Part shown: in pieces, positions 39,657 to 48,755 of the stretch
Numbering within the stretch: the first letter of the stretch is position 1
How the letters are laid out: every line of letters starts with the position of its first letter
Assembly (NCBI GenBank): GCA_050123235.1
Contig: JASFHL010000006.1
Location: 1,707-65,706, forward strand
Direction: 5' to 3'
DNA: 64,000 nt
DNA from: Candidatus Woesebacteria bacterium
Lineage (GTDB): Bacteria > Patescibacteriota > Microgenomatia > UBA1400 > PJMF01
Program-made: the position numbers and the translations under genes
Notes under the pieces: model-generated
What the model was told of the DNA's origin: nothing
What the model saw: only the letters and a program-made list of their open reading frames with translations
Database searches by the model: none

Positions 39657-40538
39657 TTAGCAAAAATTTGCTTGGATAACAGCCTTCAAATCCTGTTTCA
39701 GCTCTGGCTTATCTTTAGCCACCATCAGATTAGCCTTTAACCAGCCTGATAAATTACCTCCATCTAAATAAGTCCCTTGAGGGGTAAATACTAGCACTTC
39801 ATCTGTTTTAATTAAATTTAGCAAAGAATCAGTGATCAAAACTTCTTTAACTCTAGCATTGGGTTTTTGTTGTTCAATAATATTAAAAATTTGTGGAGTA
39901 AAAACATATTTACTAATATTAACTAAATTTGATGGTGCTTGACCCGAAGCTGGTTTTTCTATCAAAGCAGTTAGATAATTAAAACCTTCTCTGTTTTCAA
40001 CTTTAGCTACCCCATAGCGATGTAAATCTTTTTCTTTTTTTTCAATACAAGTCATTAAAGCTGCTGTATGACTCATTTTAAAACAATTAATCATTCTTGA
40101 AGTTTCAGAAGAGCCATCAGCATTATAAATAAAATCATCACCCATAAAAACTAAAAAAGCATCTTCATTTTTAACATGTTCTTTAGCTAATAAAACAGGT
40201 ATGGCTGTACCGTATTCATCATCGTCACTTTGTTTAACAAAATGGAACTTTGCTTTTTAATGAAGTGTTTTAATTTTTTTATAAAGATGCAGTTTTTGTC
40301 TTTTTTTTAAATAATGAAACAAACGTTTATTTTCTCTATAAAAATGCAGAATTTGATAATTATGTTTACTAATCACAAAAATAATTTCTTCAATGCCTGC
40401 TTTAACACAATCTTCTACCACATAATCGATCAAAGGCCTATTCAAAACTGGTAACATTTCTTTCTGAATGCTTTTAGTAATAGGGAGCATCCTGCTACCA
40501 AAACCAGCTGCTGCTATGACTGCTTTTTTAATTTTCAT
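39657..40538 (-). pseudogene. galU: UTP--glucose-1-phosphate uridylyltransferase-like gene interrupted by one in-frame TAA (40257-40259)
   Basis: KAVIAAAGFGSRMLPITK.IQKEMLP; reading through gives LH*KAKFHFVKQ..YGTA..MGDD..EKP. Both track ORFs share one frame; 293 codons in total. Confidence 0.85.
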
Positions 40539-40549
40539 ATAAATCTATT

Positions 40550-41890
40550 TTACAGACCTCTTACCAAGATCGCATCAACTACTCGTTTTACAGCTGTCAT
40601 ATAAGTAGCCATTCTGCCATCAACTTGATGTTTTTCCTTTGTCTGCCACATTTCAGCAAAAGCCTTTTCCATCATTGGTTTGAGTCTATCTAAAACTTCT
40701 TTTTTAGTCCAATAGAAACTTTGCAGGTTCTGCACCCATTCAAAATATGAAACAGTTACTCCGCCTGCATTAGCCAAAATATCGGGAACAACTAAAATAT
40801 CCTTTTTAGCTAAAATCTGATCAGCTTCAGGAGTAAGCGGGCCATTGGCTAATTCAATAATAGCCTTAGCTTTGATTTTGTTAGCATTTTCTTTAGTAAT
40901 TACATTTTCCAAAGCAGCTGGTACTAAAATATCAACATCTAATTCCAAGAGTTCTTGGTTACTAATTTGTTTACCATTATTTAGATCACACTTTTCATGA
41001 GAACAAAGACAATTTGCCACTTTGCCTTTTTTTTGTTTGCAATCTAAAGTTTTTTGAGGAGCTAATCCCTGCTCCACATAAACTCCTCCTTTAGAATCTG
41101 AAACAGCCACCACTTTGTAGCCCAAATCATCAGCGTGTTTGGCAAACCAAAAACCCACATTACCAAAACCTTGGATAGCAATACTGACGTCTTTTTTACG
41201 TTTAATTCCCAATGCTTGTACTAGTGCTTCCAAAATATAAACTCCACCTAGACCAGTGGCTTCTTCACGCCCTTCAGAGCCACCTAGTGTCAGTGGTTTA
41301 CCAGTGAAAGTAGCCCAAGGATTAACTTGCAAGCTAGAAGCGCAGCAACAGCCACATTTTTCTTCTGCACAGGGCTTTGTTTTTCTAATTTTTTGATATT
41401 CATCTACCATCCAAGCCATGATTTGACCATTGGTATTGACGTCTGGAGCTGGCACATCTACCCAAGGACCTATATTATTAGCAATAAAACAAGCATAAGC
41501 GCGACTCAATCTCTCTAATTCAGTTTCGCTTAATTTTTTAGGATCAACGATCACACCTCCCTTACCGCCACCATAGGGGATACCAGTAACTGCGCATTTC
41601 CAAGTCATCCAAGTTGACAAGGCCTTAACTTCGTCTATAGTCACATTGGGATGATAACGAATACCACCCTTATAAGGACCACGAGCATTATTATGTTGGG
41701 AGCGATAAGCTTTAAATTTTTTTGTCTTGCCATTATCCATCTTAACTTCCAGCTCAGTCTCTAATAATTTTTCAGGTTCTTTTAATTTTTTAATTGCTCG
41801 CTCAAATTTTTTCTTATCTTGGTATTGGGGCTTAAGTAATTTGGCAACAGCCTCTAGTTGTTTAATAGCGTTGGCATGTAGATTTGACAT
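40550..41890 (-). CDS. gdhA: Glu/Leu/Phe/Val-family glutamate dehydrogenase with Cys-rich insertions
   Basis: KGGIRYH, MTWKC, GGGKGG, PAPDVNT, GREEATG, QGFGNVG, NAGGV.VSYFEW. Confidence 0.95.
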   Translation of the reverse strand: MSNLHANAIKQLEAVAKLLKPQYQDKKKFERAIKKLKEPEKLLETELEVKMDNGKTKKFKAYRSQHNNARGPYKGGIRYHPNVTIDEVKALSTWMTWKCAVTGIPYGGGKGGVIVDPKKLSETELERLSRAYACFIANNIGPWVDVPAPDVNTNGQIMAWMVDEYQKIRKTKPCAEEKCGCCCASSLQVNPWATFTGKPLTLGGSEGREEATGLGGVYILEALVQALGIKRKKDVSIAIQGFGNVGFWFAKHADDLGYKVVAVSDSKGGVYVEQGLAPQKTLDCKQKKGKVANCLCSHEKCDLNNGKQISNQELLELDVDILVPAALENVITKENANKIKAKAIIELANGPLTPEADQILAKKDILVVPDILANAGGVTVSYFEWVQNLQSFYWTKKEVLDRLKPMMEKAFAEMWQTKEKHQVDGRMATYMTAVKRVVDAILVRGL

Positions 41891-41996
41891 CAGATTCCTT
41901 TAATTAGACTGCTAGTAATATCAAGAAGAACTTTAGTTAATTATCTCCTGTTCGTCTTTGTTCTTAGGCAGGATCTTCTGCAATAAAATTAAATCT

Positions 41997-42025
41997 AGTA
42001 TACCCCCGGGGGGTATGTGAGTCAA
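41997..42025 (-). promoter_or_regulatory. Sigma70 promoter of gdhA containing a CsoR-family operator (42000-42016)
   Basis: Minus strand TTGACT-17 bp-TATACT; palindrome ATACCCCC-G-GGGGGTAT fills the spacer and overlaps the -10. Confidence 0.85.
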
Positions 42026-42043
42026 GCTTCGAATCAAAACAGA

Positions 42044-43813
42044 TTATTTCACTGTCACACTCTTAGCAAGATTTCTTGGTTTATCAGGATCAGCTCCTAA
42101 ACCAATTGCTAAAAAGTAAGCTAAAAGTTGTCCAACGATCACATTGGCGATCACAGTTAGCTCTTGCCAATCTGGCGTTTTAATCAGCTTGTCAAATTCT
42201 GTGGCTTTGAAAGAACTAATACCAATAGTTCTAGCTCCCCTAGCCTTAAGTTCAGTGACACTCGAAAGTAATTCTGCTTTTAAATGATCATTGCTAGCTA
42301 AAGCAAAACAGGGAGTTCCATTTTTAACCAAACTAATCACTCCATGCTTCAGCTCACTAGCAGCGAAAGCTTCTGCATGAAGATAACTGCTTTCTTTGAT
42401 CTTTAAGGCAAATTCTAAAGCACCAGCATAATTTTCCTTTTTGCCAATCACGTAAATGTGATCTTCATCTAGAAGTGTCTTAGCTAGCTTGATCACTTTT
42501 TTTTCTAATTCTTCAGTTAACCATTTTTTAAGATCTTGTCCGACTTTTTTAAGCCTTTTTTGAGCTGCAGGGTATTGACCAGCTACAGCTTGACTTAATA
42601 AATAAATAGTAGCCAATTGGGCTGTGAAAGCTTTGGTGGAAACTACAGCAATTTCTGGTCCAGCACCAACTGATAAAACATAATCAGCTAATCTCTCTAA
42701 AGTTGATCCTCTAGCATTGATCACTGCCAATAATTTAGCTCCTTTTTCTTTGGCTCGTCTACTGGCAATTAAGGTGTCCGCTGTTTCACCGCTTTGAGAA
42801 ATAGCAATCACTAAAGTGTTTTTATCACAAAATTGAGCAAAGCTTTCAAATTCGTGGGCATGAAAGGCTAGGGCTTCGACTCCTACTTGAGCAAAATAAT
42901 AAGTTGAAAGCAGACAACAATGATAAGCAGTGCCACAGGCTAATAAGATTACTTTTTTATTTTTCTTGATTTGTTTGGCAATGCTTAATATTTCTTCTTT
43001 ATTAATCAAAGCTGTTCTGGGAATTGTTTCTTTTTGCTCAAAGATTTCTTTAATTAAAAAATGAGGAAAATTACCTTTTTCAGCAGTTTCTTCATCCCAA
43101 TCAATTTGCTCAATGCGGAGCTTTTTTTCTTTGCCTGAATCGAGTGAATAGAGTTTAATGCCAGTTTCTGATAAAACAATGCCTTCTCTGTCTTTTAGAT
43201 AAATTACTCTATTTGTGTGCTTCAATAAAGCAGTCACGTCAGAAGCTAAATAGTATCTATCTTGCCCTACTCCGACTATTAATGGCGAACCATCTCTACA
43301 GGCGATGATTTGTTTTGATTCTATATCAAAAATAACGATGGCATTGGAACCAGCAATAATATTGAAACTCTCAAAAACTGCCTTAACTACATCCAAAGTC
43401 TTCTTTTTTTCTTCAATCAAGTGAGCAATTACTTCAGTATCTGTTTCTGATTGAAAATGGTGTTTTTTCTTCTTAAGTTGAGATTTTAGTTCTTGGTAGT
43501 TTTCAACAATACCATTGTGTACAACAGCCACCTTTCCCGAGCCATCTAAATGCGGATGAGCATTTTCATCAGTTACTCCACCATGTGTAGCCCAACGGGT
43601 ATGACCAATTGCCATTGAACTAGCTGGTAAAGAAACCCTTGCCTCGCCAATTTTGCCAACATGTTTTTCAAGTTTTATTTTGTCTGACTTACTTGGTTTA
43701 ACTGCCACACCCCATGAATCATAACCACGATATTCGAGTTTTTTCAAACCTTCCAAAACAGTCTCAGCCGCTTGTTTTTTTTCATCATTGATTACAGCAA
43801 AAATTCCACACAT
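42044..43813 (-). CDS. glmS: Glutamine--fructose-6-phosphate aminotransferase
   Basis: MCGI, LEYRGYDS, GHTRWATHG, SQSGETADT, PRNLAKSVTV. Confidence 0.97.
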   Translation of the reverse strand: MCGIFAVINDEKKQAAETVLEGLKKLEYRGYDSWGVAVKPSKSDKIKLEKHVGKIGEARVSLPASSMAIGHTRWATHGGVTDENAHPHLDGSGKVAVVHNGIVENYQELKSQLKKKKHHFQSETDTEVIAHLIEEKKKTLDVVKAVFESFNIIAGSNAIVIFDIESKQIIACRDGSPLIVGVGQDRYYLASDVTALLKHTNRVIYLKDREGIVLSETGIKLYSLDSGKEKKLRIEQIDWDEETAEKGNFPHFLIKEIFEQKETIPRTALINKEEILSIAKQIKKNKKVILLACGTAYHCCLLSTYYFAQVGVEALAFHAHEFESFAQFCDKNTLVIAISQSGETADTLIASRRAKEKGAKLLAVINARGSTLERLADYVLSVGAGPEIAVVSTKAFTAQLATIYLLSQAVAGQYPAAQKRLKKVGQDLKKWLTEELEKKVIKLAKTLLDEDHIYVIGKKENYAGALEFALKIKESSYLHAEAFAASELKHGVISLVKNGTPCFALASNDHLKAELLSSVTELKARGARTIGISSFKATEFDKLIKTPDWQELTVIANVIVGQLLAYFLAIGLGADPDKPRNLAKSVTVK

Positions 43814-43815
43814 AG

Positions 43816-45021
43816 TTATTGATTAATATTTTTTTTAATTATTGAACCTGGCTCTATCACTGCCTCATTTTTAATTATCACTCCGGGCATGGTACTAGAC
43901 TGAACTCCAACTTTAACATTATGCCCCATGATCACTCCTAAATTTTTTCTTTTGCTATCTGTTTTTTTAGCTTTAACAACAGTTTTGACAGTAGCTCTAT
44001 CTAATCTCCTATTGGCAGAAATAAAACCTGCCCCTATTCTCACTCCCTGACCCAAGACAGAATCTCCAATAAAACCACTATGACAATGAGCATCAGTCAT
44101 CAAAATGCTATTAGCCACATCAGCAAAGCGTTGAACTTCTGCTCTATCTTCTAGTACAGAACCTTTACGCAAGATGCAATGTTGACCAACTACAGCCTTT
44201 TTACCTATATAAGCCGGACCTTCAACAATAGCATAATCAGCAACAATTGCTTCAGGACCAATATAGACATCACCCTTAATCAAGGCTGTCGGAGATATTT
44301 TAGCTTGTTTAGAGATTGAAAATTTGAACTTTTGAAATAGCTCATTTTTAAGATCCAATAAATGCCAAGGGTATTTAAGAGAAGCTGGAGTTTTTTCAAA
44401 CTTAGCAACCTTAACTTCATGTTTTTGCATATAGTTATTCAAAGCAGTTTCCAAAAGATACTCTTCGGCTGGCAAAGATGACATGTAATTTAGAAAATCT
44501 CTATTTAATAGATAAATGCCAATAATTCGATACGGATTTTTTATTTTCTGCTGTGGTTTTTCAATCAAAGAAATTGCTTTAACTCCCTCAATAGAGACAA
44601 CACCATAAATTTTTGGATTGTCAGTTGCTGTAGCAGCCAAAGCGGAAGAACTATTCAAATTAATCATTTTTTGTAAATAATCAGCTGCATTGACTTGACT
44701 GGCATTCATCACAAAAAAATGCTCATCGAGTAAATCTTTGGCAGCCAAAATAGCGTCAGCCATTCCTCGAGCTTCTTTTTGAATAGCAATTTCCAGTTTT
44801 TCAAAATTTTGAACATAATCTTTTAACAAAGATTTAGTCCTTGAGTTTGACTGATTTACTACTACTACCACTTTTTTTATTTTAGCTTCGATTAAAGAAT
44901 CTAAAGTCCAATAAAGTATTGGTTTGCCCATTAACACAGTTTCAACTTTGCTTTCTTTTATTGAAAAAGGAAAAAATCTGGAAGATTTGCCGGCGGCTAA
45001 TAAAACTGCTTGCTTTGGCAT
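43816..45021 (-). CDS. Bifunctional sugar-1-phosphate nucleotidyltransferase/acetyltransferase (archaeal-type GlmU-like)
   Basis: LAAGKSSR, EKP, YPWHLL, hexapeptide-repeat C-terminus; adjacent to glmS. Confidence 0.85.
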   Translation of the reverse strand: MPKQAVLLAAGKSSRFFPFSIKESKVETVLMGKPILYWTLDSLIEAKIKKVVVVVNQSNSRTKSLLKDYVQNFEKLEIAIQKEARGMADAILAAKDLLDEHFFVMNASQVNAADYLQKMINLNSSSALAATATDNPKIYGVVSIEGVKAISLIEKPQQKIKNPYRIIGIYLLNRDFLNYMSSLPAEEYLLETALNNYMQKHEVKVAKFEKTPASLKYPWHLLDLKNELFQKFKFSISKQAKISPTALIKGDVYIGPEAIVADYAIVEGPAYIGKKAVVGQHCILRKGSVLEDRAEVQRFADVANSILMTDAHCHSGFIGDSVLGQGVRIGAGFISANRRLDRATVKTVVKAKKTDSKRKNLGVIMGHNVKVGVQSSTMPGVIIKNEAVIEPGSIIKKNINQ

Positions 45022-45037
45022 AAAAATTTAATTTTTT

Positions 45038-45694
45038 TTATAAAAAATTATTCAATTGCATCATATCATGAATACAATAATTAGCTTTTTTTGATTTTTT
45101 GGAAAATAAAACTCCAATACCTCCTTGCTCCTGACCAATTTGACAATCTTTTTCCCAATTATCTCCCACGTAAAGACACTCCTCAGCTTTAAGTTTAAAT
45201 TTTTTCCAAGCCCGCTCATAATATTTGATGCTTGGTTTCATCACTTTCATCTCATCAGAATTAAATATTAAATCAAATCTATCTTTTAAATTAAACTTAT
45301 TCAATTTGAGATCAGTTAGTCTTTGACTGCCCTCAGTGATGAGTATTTTTAAGACAGACAAATCTTGTTCCAAAAACCGCCTGCTTCCTTTAGTAAGACT
45401 GAGCTTTGCTGCCACTTCATCTTCAAGTATTCTAACTGCATCAGGAATAAAACTTTTATCTAAGTTTAACTTACCCAGCGTTTGAGCAAGCGAATATTCA
45501 AAAGAGCGTTCTTTTGGGTTTTTAGAAAATTTAAGTTTTTTGACAGTTACGCGCCATTGTTTGAAAATTATTTCTTCATCAAAAGATAGTTTTTGAGCAA
45601 GAAAATCAATTGCTTTTTTATAGGCAGCTTGGGAAATATTAGCTGTATTGACTAGAGTATTATCTAAATCAAAAAAAATTGCTTTAATTCTCAT
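45038..45694 (-). CDS. HAD-family hydrolase
   Basis: FFDLDNTL, KP, YVGDN..KD. Confidence 0.9.
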   Translation of the reverse strand: MRIKAIFFDLDNTLVNTANISQAAYKKAIDFLAQKLSFDEEIIFKQWRVTVKKLKFSKNPKERSFEYSLAQTLGKLNLDKSFIPDAVRILEDEVAAKLSLTKGSRRFLEQDLSVLKILITEGSQRLTDLKLNKFNLKDRFDLIFNSDEMKVMKPSIKYYERAWKKFKLKAEECLYVGDNWEKDCQIGQEQGGIGVLFSKKSKKANYCIHDMMQLNNFL

Positions 45695-46692
45695 GGGTTT
45701 ACGATTTTGACTAATACTTTAGCTAATTTATAGGCATCATGACGTAATAAAGTTCTAATAACAGTATCACTTTTATTTTGTTGAATCAGAGACTTAGAAA
45801 GTAACTTTGCTTTGATAATCTGGCTTTGCTCCAAATTAACTAAATCATCTCTTATCGGAAACTCTTTGCAGCGAGCATATCTTGCAGCTAAATCTGCTGG
45901 CATCTGCTCAGAATTTAAAATAACTATATCTGGTCTTCTGCCACAGTATCTGATCACTTCTGTTAGGTGATCCTTGGCAGTCATTTTATGTGTCTGCGCA
46001 TAATGCGTCATCAGATTGACAATATAAACAAACTTTCCTTTATTCTCTTTCAGAGCTGCTTTGAAACCTTTGGGCAAAGCATTAACCAAAAGACTAGCAT
46101 ATAAATCACCTGGTCCTAAAATAATCATATCTGCCGATTCGATGGCTGCAGCTGCTTTTTTATAAATCTGACTCTTTGGTTCAAGTTCTATTTTAGTAAT
46201 TCTCTTACCTCCATAACGACTATCATCTAAAGTGTGTTCGCCAATATTAATAGTCCCATCTTGGTAATGAATCTTCAAACTAGTGTCTTTTTCTGTAATC
46301 GGATAAACTCGGCCATTAATTCTAAAGATACGAGCAGCTGTTTCTATTGCTTGAGCAGGAGAATTACTTAAATATTCAAGAGCAGTTAAGATCAGATTGC
46401 CCAGATTATGTCCTTTAAGACCATTGCCTTTATTAAAACGATAAAGTAATAAGTTTCTGATATCTTCCTGATATCGGCCATCAGCTAAAGCGGCCAAACA
46501 CTGTCTCAAATCACCGACTGCTAAAAAACCAAATTCATCACGCAATCTGCCAGTCGATCCACCTGAATCAAAAACCGCCACAATGGCAGTTAGATCAAGC
46601 TTTGCCTCATTCTTAAGCCCTGAGAGAACCACTGAAGTGCCTGTTCCTCCACCAATGACTACTACTTTCTTTTTACGAACTTTTTTTACCAT
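45691..46692 (-). CDS. yvcK: YvcK/GlmR UDP-GlcNAc-binding protein (start re-called to MVKK)
   Basis: IGGGTG, DSGGSTGRLR, GD.R.CL.AL, GHNLGNL, GPGDLY.S, RHD. Confidence 0.92.
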   Translation of the reverse strand: MVKKVRKKKVVVIGGGTGTSVVLSGLKNEAKLDLTAIVAVFDSGGSTGRLRDEFGFLAVGDLRQCLAALADGRYQEDIRNLLLYRFNKGNGLKGHNLGNLILTALEYLSNSPAQAIETAARIFRINGRVYPITEKDTSLKIHYQDGTINIGEHTLDDSRYGGKRITKIELEPKSQIYKKAAAAIESADMIILGPGDLYASLLVNALPKGFKAALKENKGKFVYIVNLMTHYAQTHKMTAKDHLTEVIRYCGRRPDIVILNSEQMPADLAARYARCKEFPIRDDLVNLEQSQIIKAKLLSKSLIQQNKSDTVIRTLLRHDAYKLAKVLVKIVNP

Positions 46693-46736
46693 ACCAGACA
46701 AGTATAGCAAATTTTAAAAAAAAAGGAGATGTGAAC

Positions 46737-47795
46737 TCAGCTTTCTAGCCAAGCTTCTGCATCTAAGGCTGCGCTACAACCTTGACCAGCTGCAGTAATG
46801 GCTTGTTTATAACGCAAATCAACAACATCGCCTGCAGCAAACACGCCTTCTACTGAAGTCATGCTGGGGTAATCAACTAGACCATTTTTATTTAAAGCTT
46901 GTTTAGCTTTTTCTAAACCAGCTTTGGAAAGACTTAAGCGGGTGATCAAATATTTTTTTTCATCCATTTCTAGCTGTCCTGCAAAAATCTCAGTCACTGG
47001 TCGATGGCCGATGGCCAAAAAGACTCCATCTGCTGTCAATTTTTGTATTTTGCCATTTATTTTAATTTTTATTTTTTCAACTTTATCTTGACCCAGCACT
47101 TCTTTAAGATTGCTATTCCATAAAACCTCAATCTTAGGATGCTTAAGAACTCGATCTTGCATAATTTTGCTGGCTCTAAATCTATCTCTGCGATGAATAA
47201 TATGAACTTCTTTGGCAAACTTAGTTAAAGCCAAAGCATCTTCCATAGCAGTATCACCCCCACCCACTACATAGACTTTTTTGTCTTTATAAAAGGCAGC
47301 GTCACAAACAGCACAAGTGCTAAGACCTCTACCTAAAAATTTTTGTTCTCCTGGAATACCTAACATGATCGAAGTAGCTCCAGTGCAAACAATCACTGCC
47401 TCGGGTTCAATGTCATGCTTTTTCTTTTTTATTTTAGCAGTCAAAGCTAGGATTTTTTCAGACTTAGCTTTTTTATAAAAATCATAAGCTGTACTTTCTG
47501 GTAAGCTAGTCCAAAGTTTGAAAGGTCTTTTTTTAAAATCAACAGCTGTCACTAGTTGGTCAACAATTTGAGTTTCAAAATGTTCTGCTTGCTGACGTAA
47601 GCTCATCATGAATTCAGGACCTTGAATTCCTTTAGGAAAGCCAGGAAAATTTTCAAGTTCAGTGGTATACATTAGTTGACCACCGCTTTCGAGGCCAGTG
47701 AAAAGTATGGGTTTCAGTTTTGCGCGAGCTGCATAAATAGCGGCTGTGTAGCCAGCAGGCCCAGAACCGATGATTGCCAATTTTGTTTTGATCAT
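46737..47795 (-). CDS. trxB: Thioredoxin-disulfide reductase
   Basis: IGSGPAGYTAA, CAVCD, GGGDTA, HRRD.FRAS (NADPH), FAAGD, QAITAAG.G. Confidence 0.96.
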   Translation of the reverse strand: MIKTKLAIIGSGPAGYTAAIYAARAKLKPILFTGLESGGQLMYTTELENFPGFPKGIQGPEFMMSLRQQAEHFETQIVDQLVTAVDFKKRPFKLWTSLPESTAYDFYKKAKSEKILALTAKIKKKKHDIEPEAVIVCTGATSIMLGIPGEQKFLGRGLSTCAVCDAAFYKDKKVYVVGGGDTAMEDALALTKFAKEVHIIHRRDRFRASKIMQDRVLKHPKIEVLWNSNLKEVLGQDKVEKIKIKINGKIQKLTADGVFLAIGHRPVTEIFAGQLEMDEKKYLITRLSLSKAGLEKAKQALNKNGLVDYPSMTSVEGVFAAGDVVDLRYKQAITAAGQGCSAALDAEAWLES

Positions 47796-47826
47796 AAGAT
47801 TAATTTATTAGTTAAAGTATTTGAGT

Positions 47827-48003
47827 GAATCTCTAAAATATTATTATATATAAATCTTGCACACGTTCGCTGCAACATTTTATTTTTGTTTTAGATACAA
47901 GGCTCACTCGGTGAAGCTCGGTAGTAGATGAATTGCTAGCTCGAATCTAGCCAGACCTCGCTTCAACGGTAAAGATTTATATATAATAATATTTTAGAGA
48001 TTC
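47827..48003. mobile_element. MITE-like element or long inverted repeat between trxA and trxB
   Basis: Perfect 32-bp inverted repeats at 47827-47858 and 47972-48003 around a 113-bp non-coding core. Confidence 0.6.
47901..47968 (-). repeat. Dispersed REP-like repeat, copy 1
   Basis: 47/63 ungapped identity to 55935-55997; 23/26 identity to 53812-53837. Confidence 0.8.
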
Positions 48004-48033
48004 TAATCAAAGCACTAACTAATTAAACATTTA

Positions 48034-48381
48034 TTAATCTAAAACTCCCTCAATCATGGCTTTTAAGCCGGCTTCACCTGGAAAACCTACTTGTCGTTTT
48101 ACTTCTTTGATCTTTTTTCCATCAGCTTCAAAAATAATAACAGTAGGAATACTCATCACACCATATTCTTTAGCAGTAGTTTGATTTTCATCAACATTGA
48201 CTTTAACAATCATAATTTTATCTTTATATTCATCAGCTAATTTATCAATGATAGGGGCTGCCATTTGACAAGGCCCACACCAATCAGCATAAAAATCAAC
48301 CATTACTGGCTTGCCTGCTTTTTGAATACTTTGTTTAAAGTTATCATCATTTAGATGAGCTGCGCCTTTTTTGTCTGCCAT
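48034..48381 (-). CDS. trxA: Thioredoxin
   Basis: DFYADWCGPC, SIPT; AAGGAG Shine-Dalgarno. Confidence 0.97.
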   Translation of the reverse strand: MADKKGAAHLNDDNFKQSIQKAGKPVMVDFYADWCGPCQMAAPIIDKLADEYKDKIMIVKVNVDENQTTAKEYGVMSIPTVIIFEADGKKIKEVKRQVGFPGEAGLKAMIEGVLD

Positions 48382-48410
48382 AAATCTCCTTTACAAAAAT
48401 TTATAAATCT

Positions 48411-48704
48411 TTAATATCTAAAAATCTCTTTTAAAATTTGATCTAGTTGTTTTATATTTCGTTCCTTGGAACAACGACTTGCTTCATTGCTTAGCAAATC
48501 TCTAGCCACTCTACCTAAAGAATTACGAGCTGCAATTACTTGTCTCACAATATCAATGCACATTCTTTCATCTTCATACATTTTAATCAAGCCGTCGATT
48601 TGACCTCTAATTCTTCTCAGTTGCTGAGCAACTTTGTCTTCTGTTTTATCTTTAGAGATTATAGAAATTTTTTTTAATTTTTTGTTTCGCTTTACTCGTG
48701 ACAT
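48411..48704 (-). CDS. CsoR/RcnR/CstR-family transcriptional repressor lacking the Cu-binding His
   Basis: LRRIRGQIDGL.KM...R.C.DI..Q..A; C-terminal LLSNEASRC (x-C-E-C fingerprint instead of x-C-H-C). Confidence 0.92.
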   Translation of the reverse strand: MSRVKRNKKLKKISIISKDKTEDKVAQQLRRIRGQIDGLIKMYEDERMCIDIVRQVIAARNSLGRVARDLLSNEASRCSKERNIKQLDQILKEIFRY

Positions 48705-48712
48705 ATTATTTT

Positions 48713-48742
48713 AATATACCCCCTGGGGGTATGTTAAGTCAA
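48713..48742 (-). promoter_or_regulatory. Sigma70 promoter of csoR-trxA(-trxB) with autoregulatory operator (48716-48732)
   Basis: Minus strand TTGACT-18 bp-TATATT, ending 8 nt before the ATG; palindrome ATACCCCC-T-GGGGGTAT. Confidence 0.88.
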
Positions 48743-48755
48743 GTAGATCTTTCTA

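Noticed and set aside
40257-40259. Stop-codon reassignment as the cause of the galU split
   Set aside because: TAA, TAG and TGA all end intact conserved genes in this window and Trp is encoded by TGG, so code 11 holds.
43814-43900. glmS ribozyme
   Set aside because: Only 2 nt separate glmS from the upstream CDS.
48411-48704. Calling the regulator a copper sensor (csoR sensu stricto)
   Set aside because: The Cu-ligand His is replaced by Glu and no copA/copZ is in the window, so the gene symbol is withheld.
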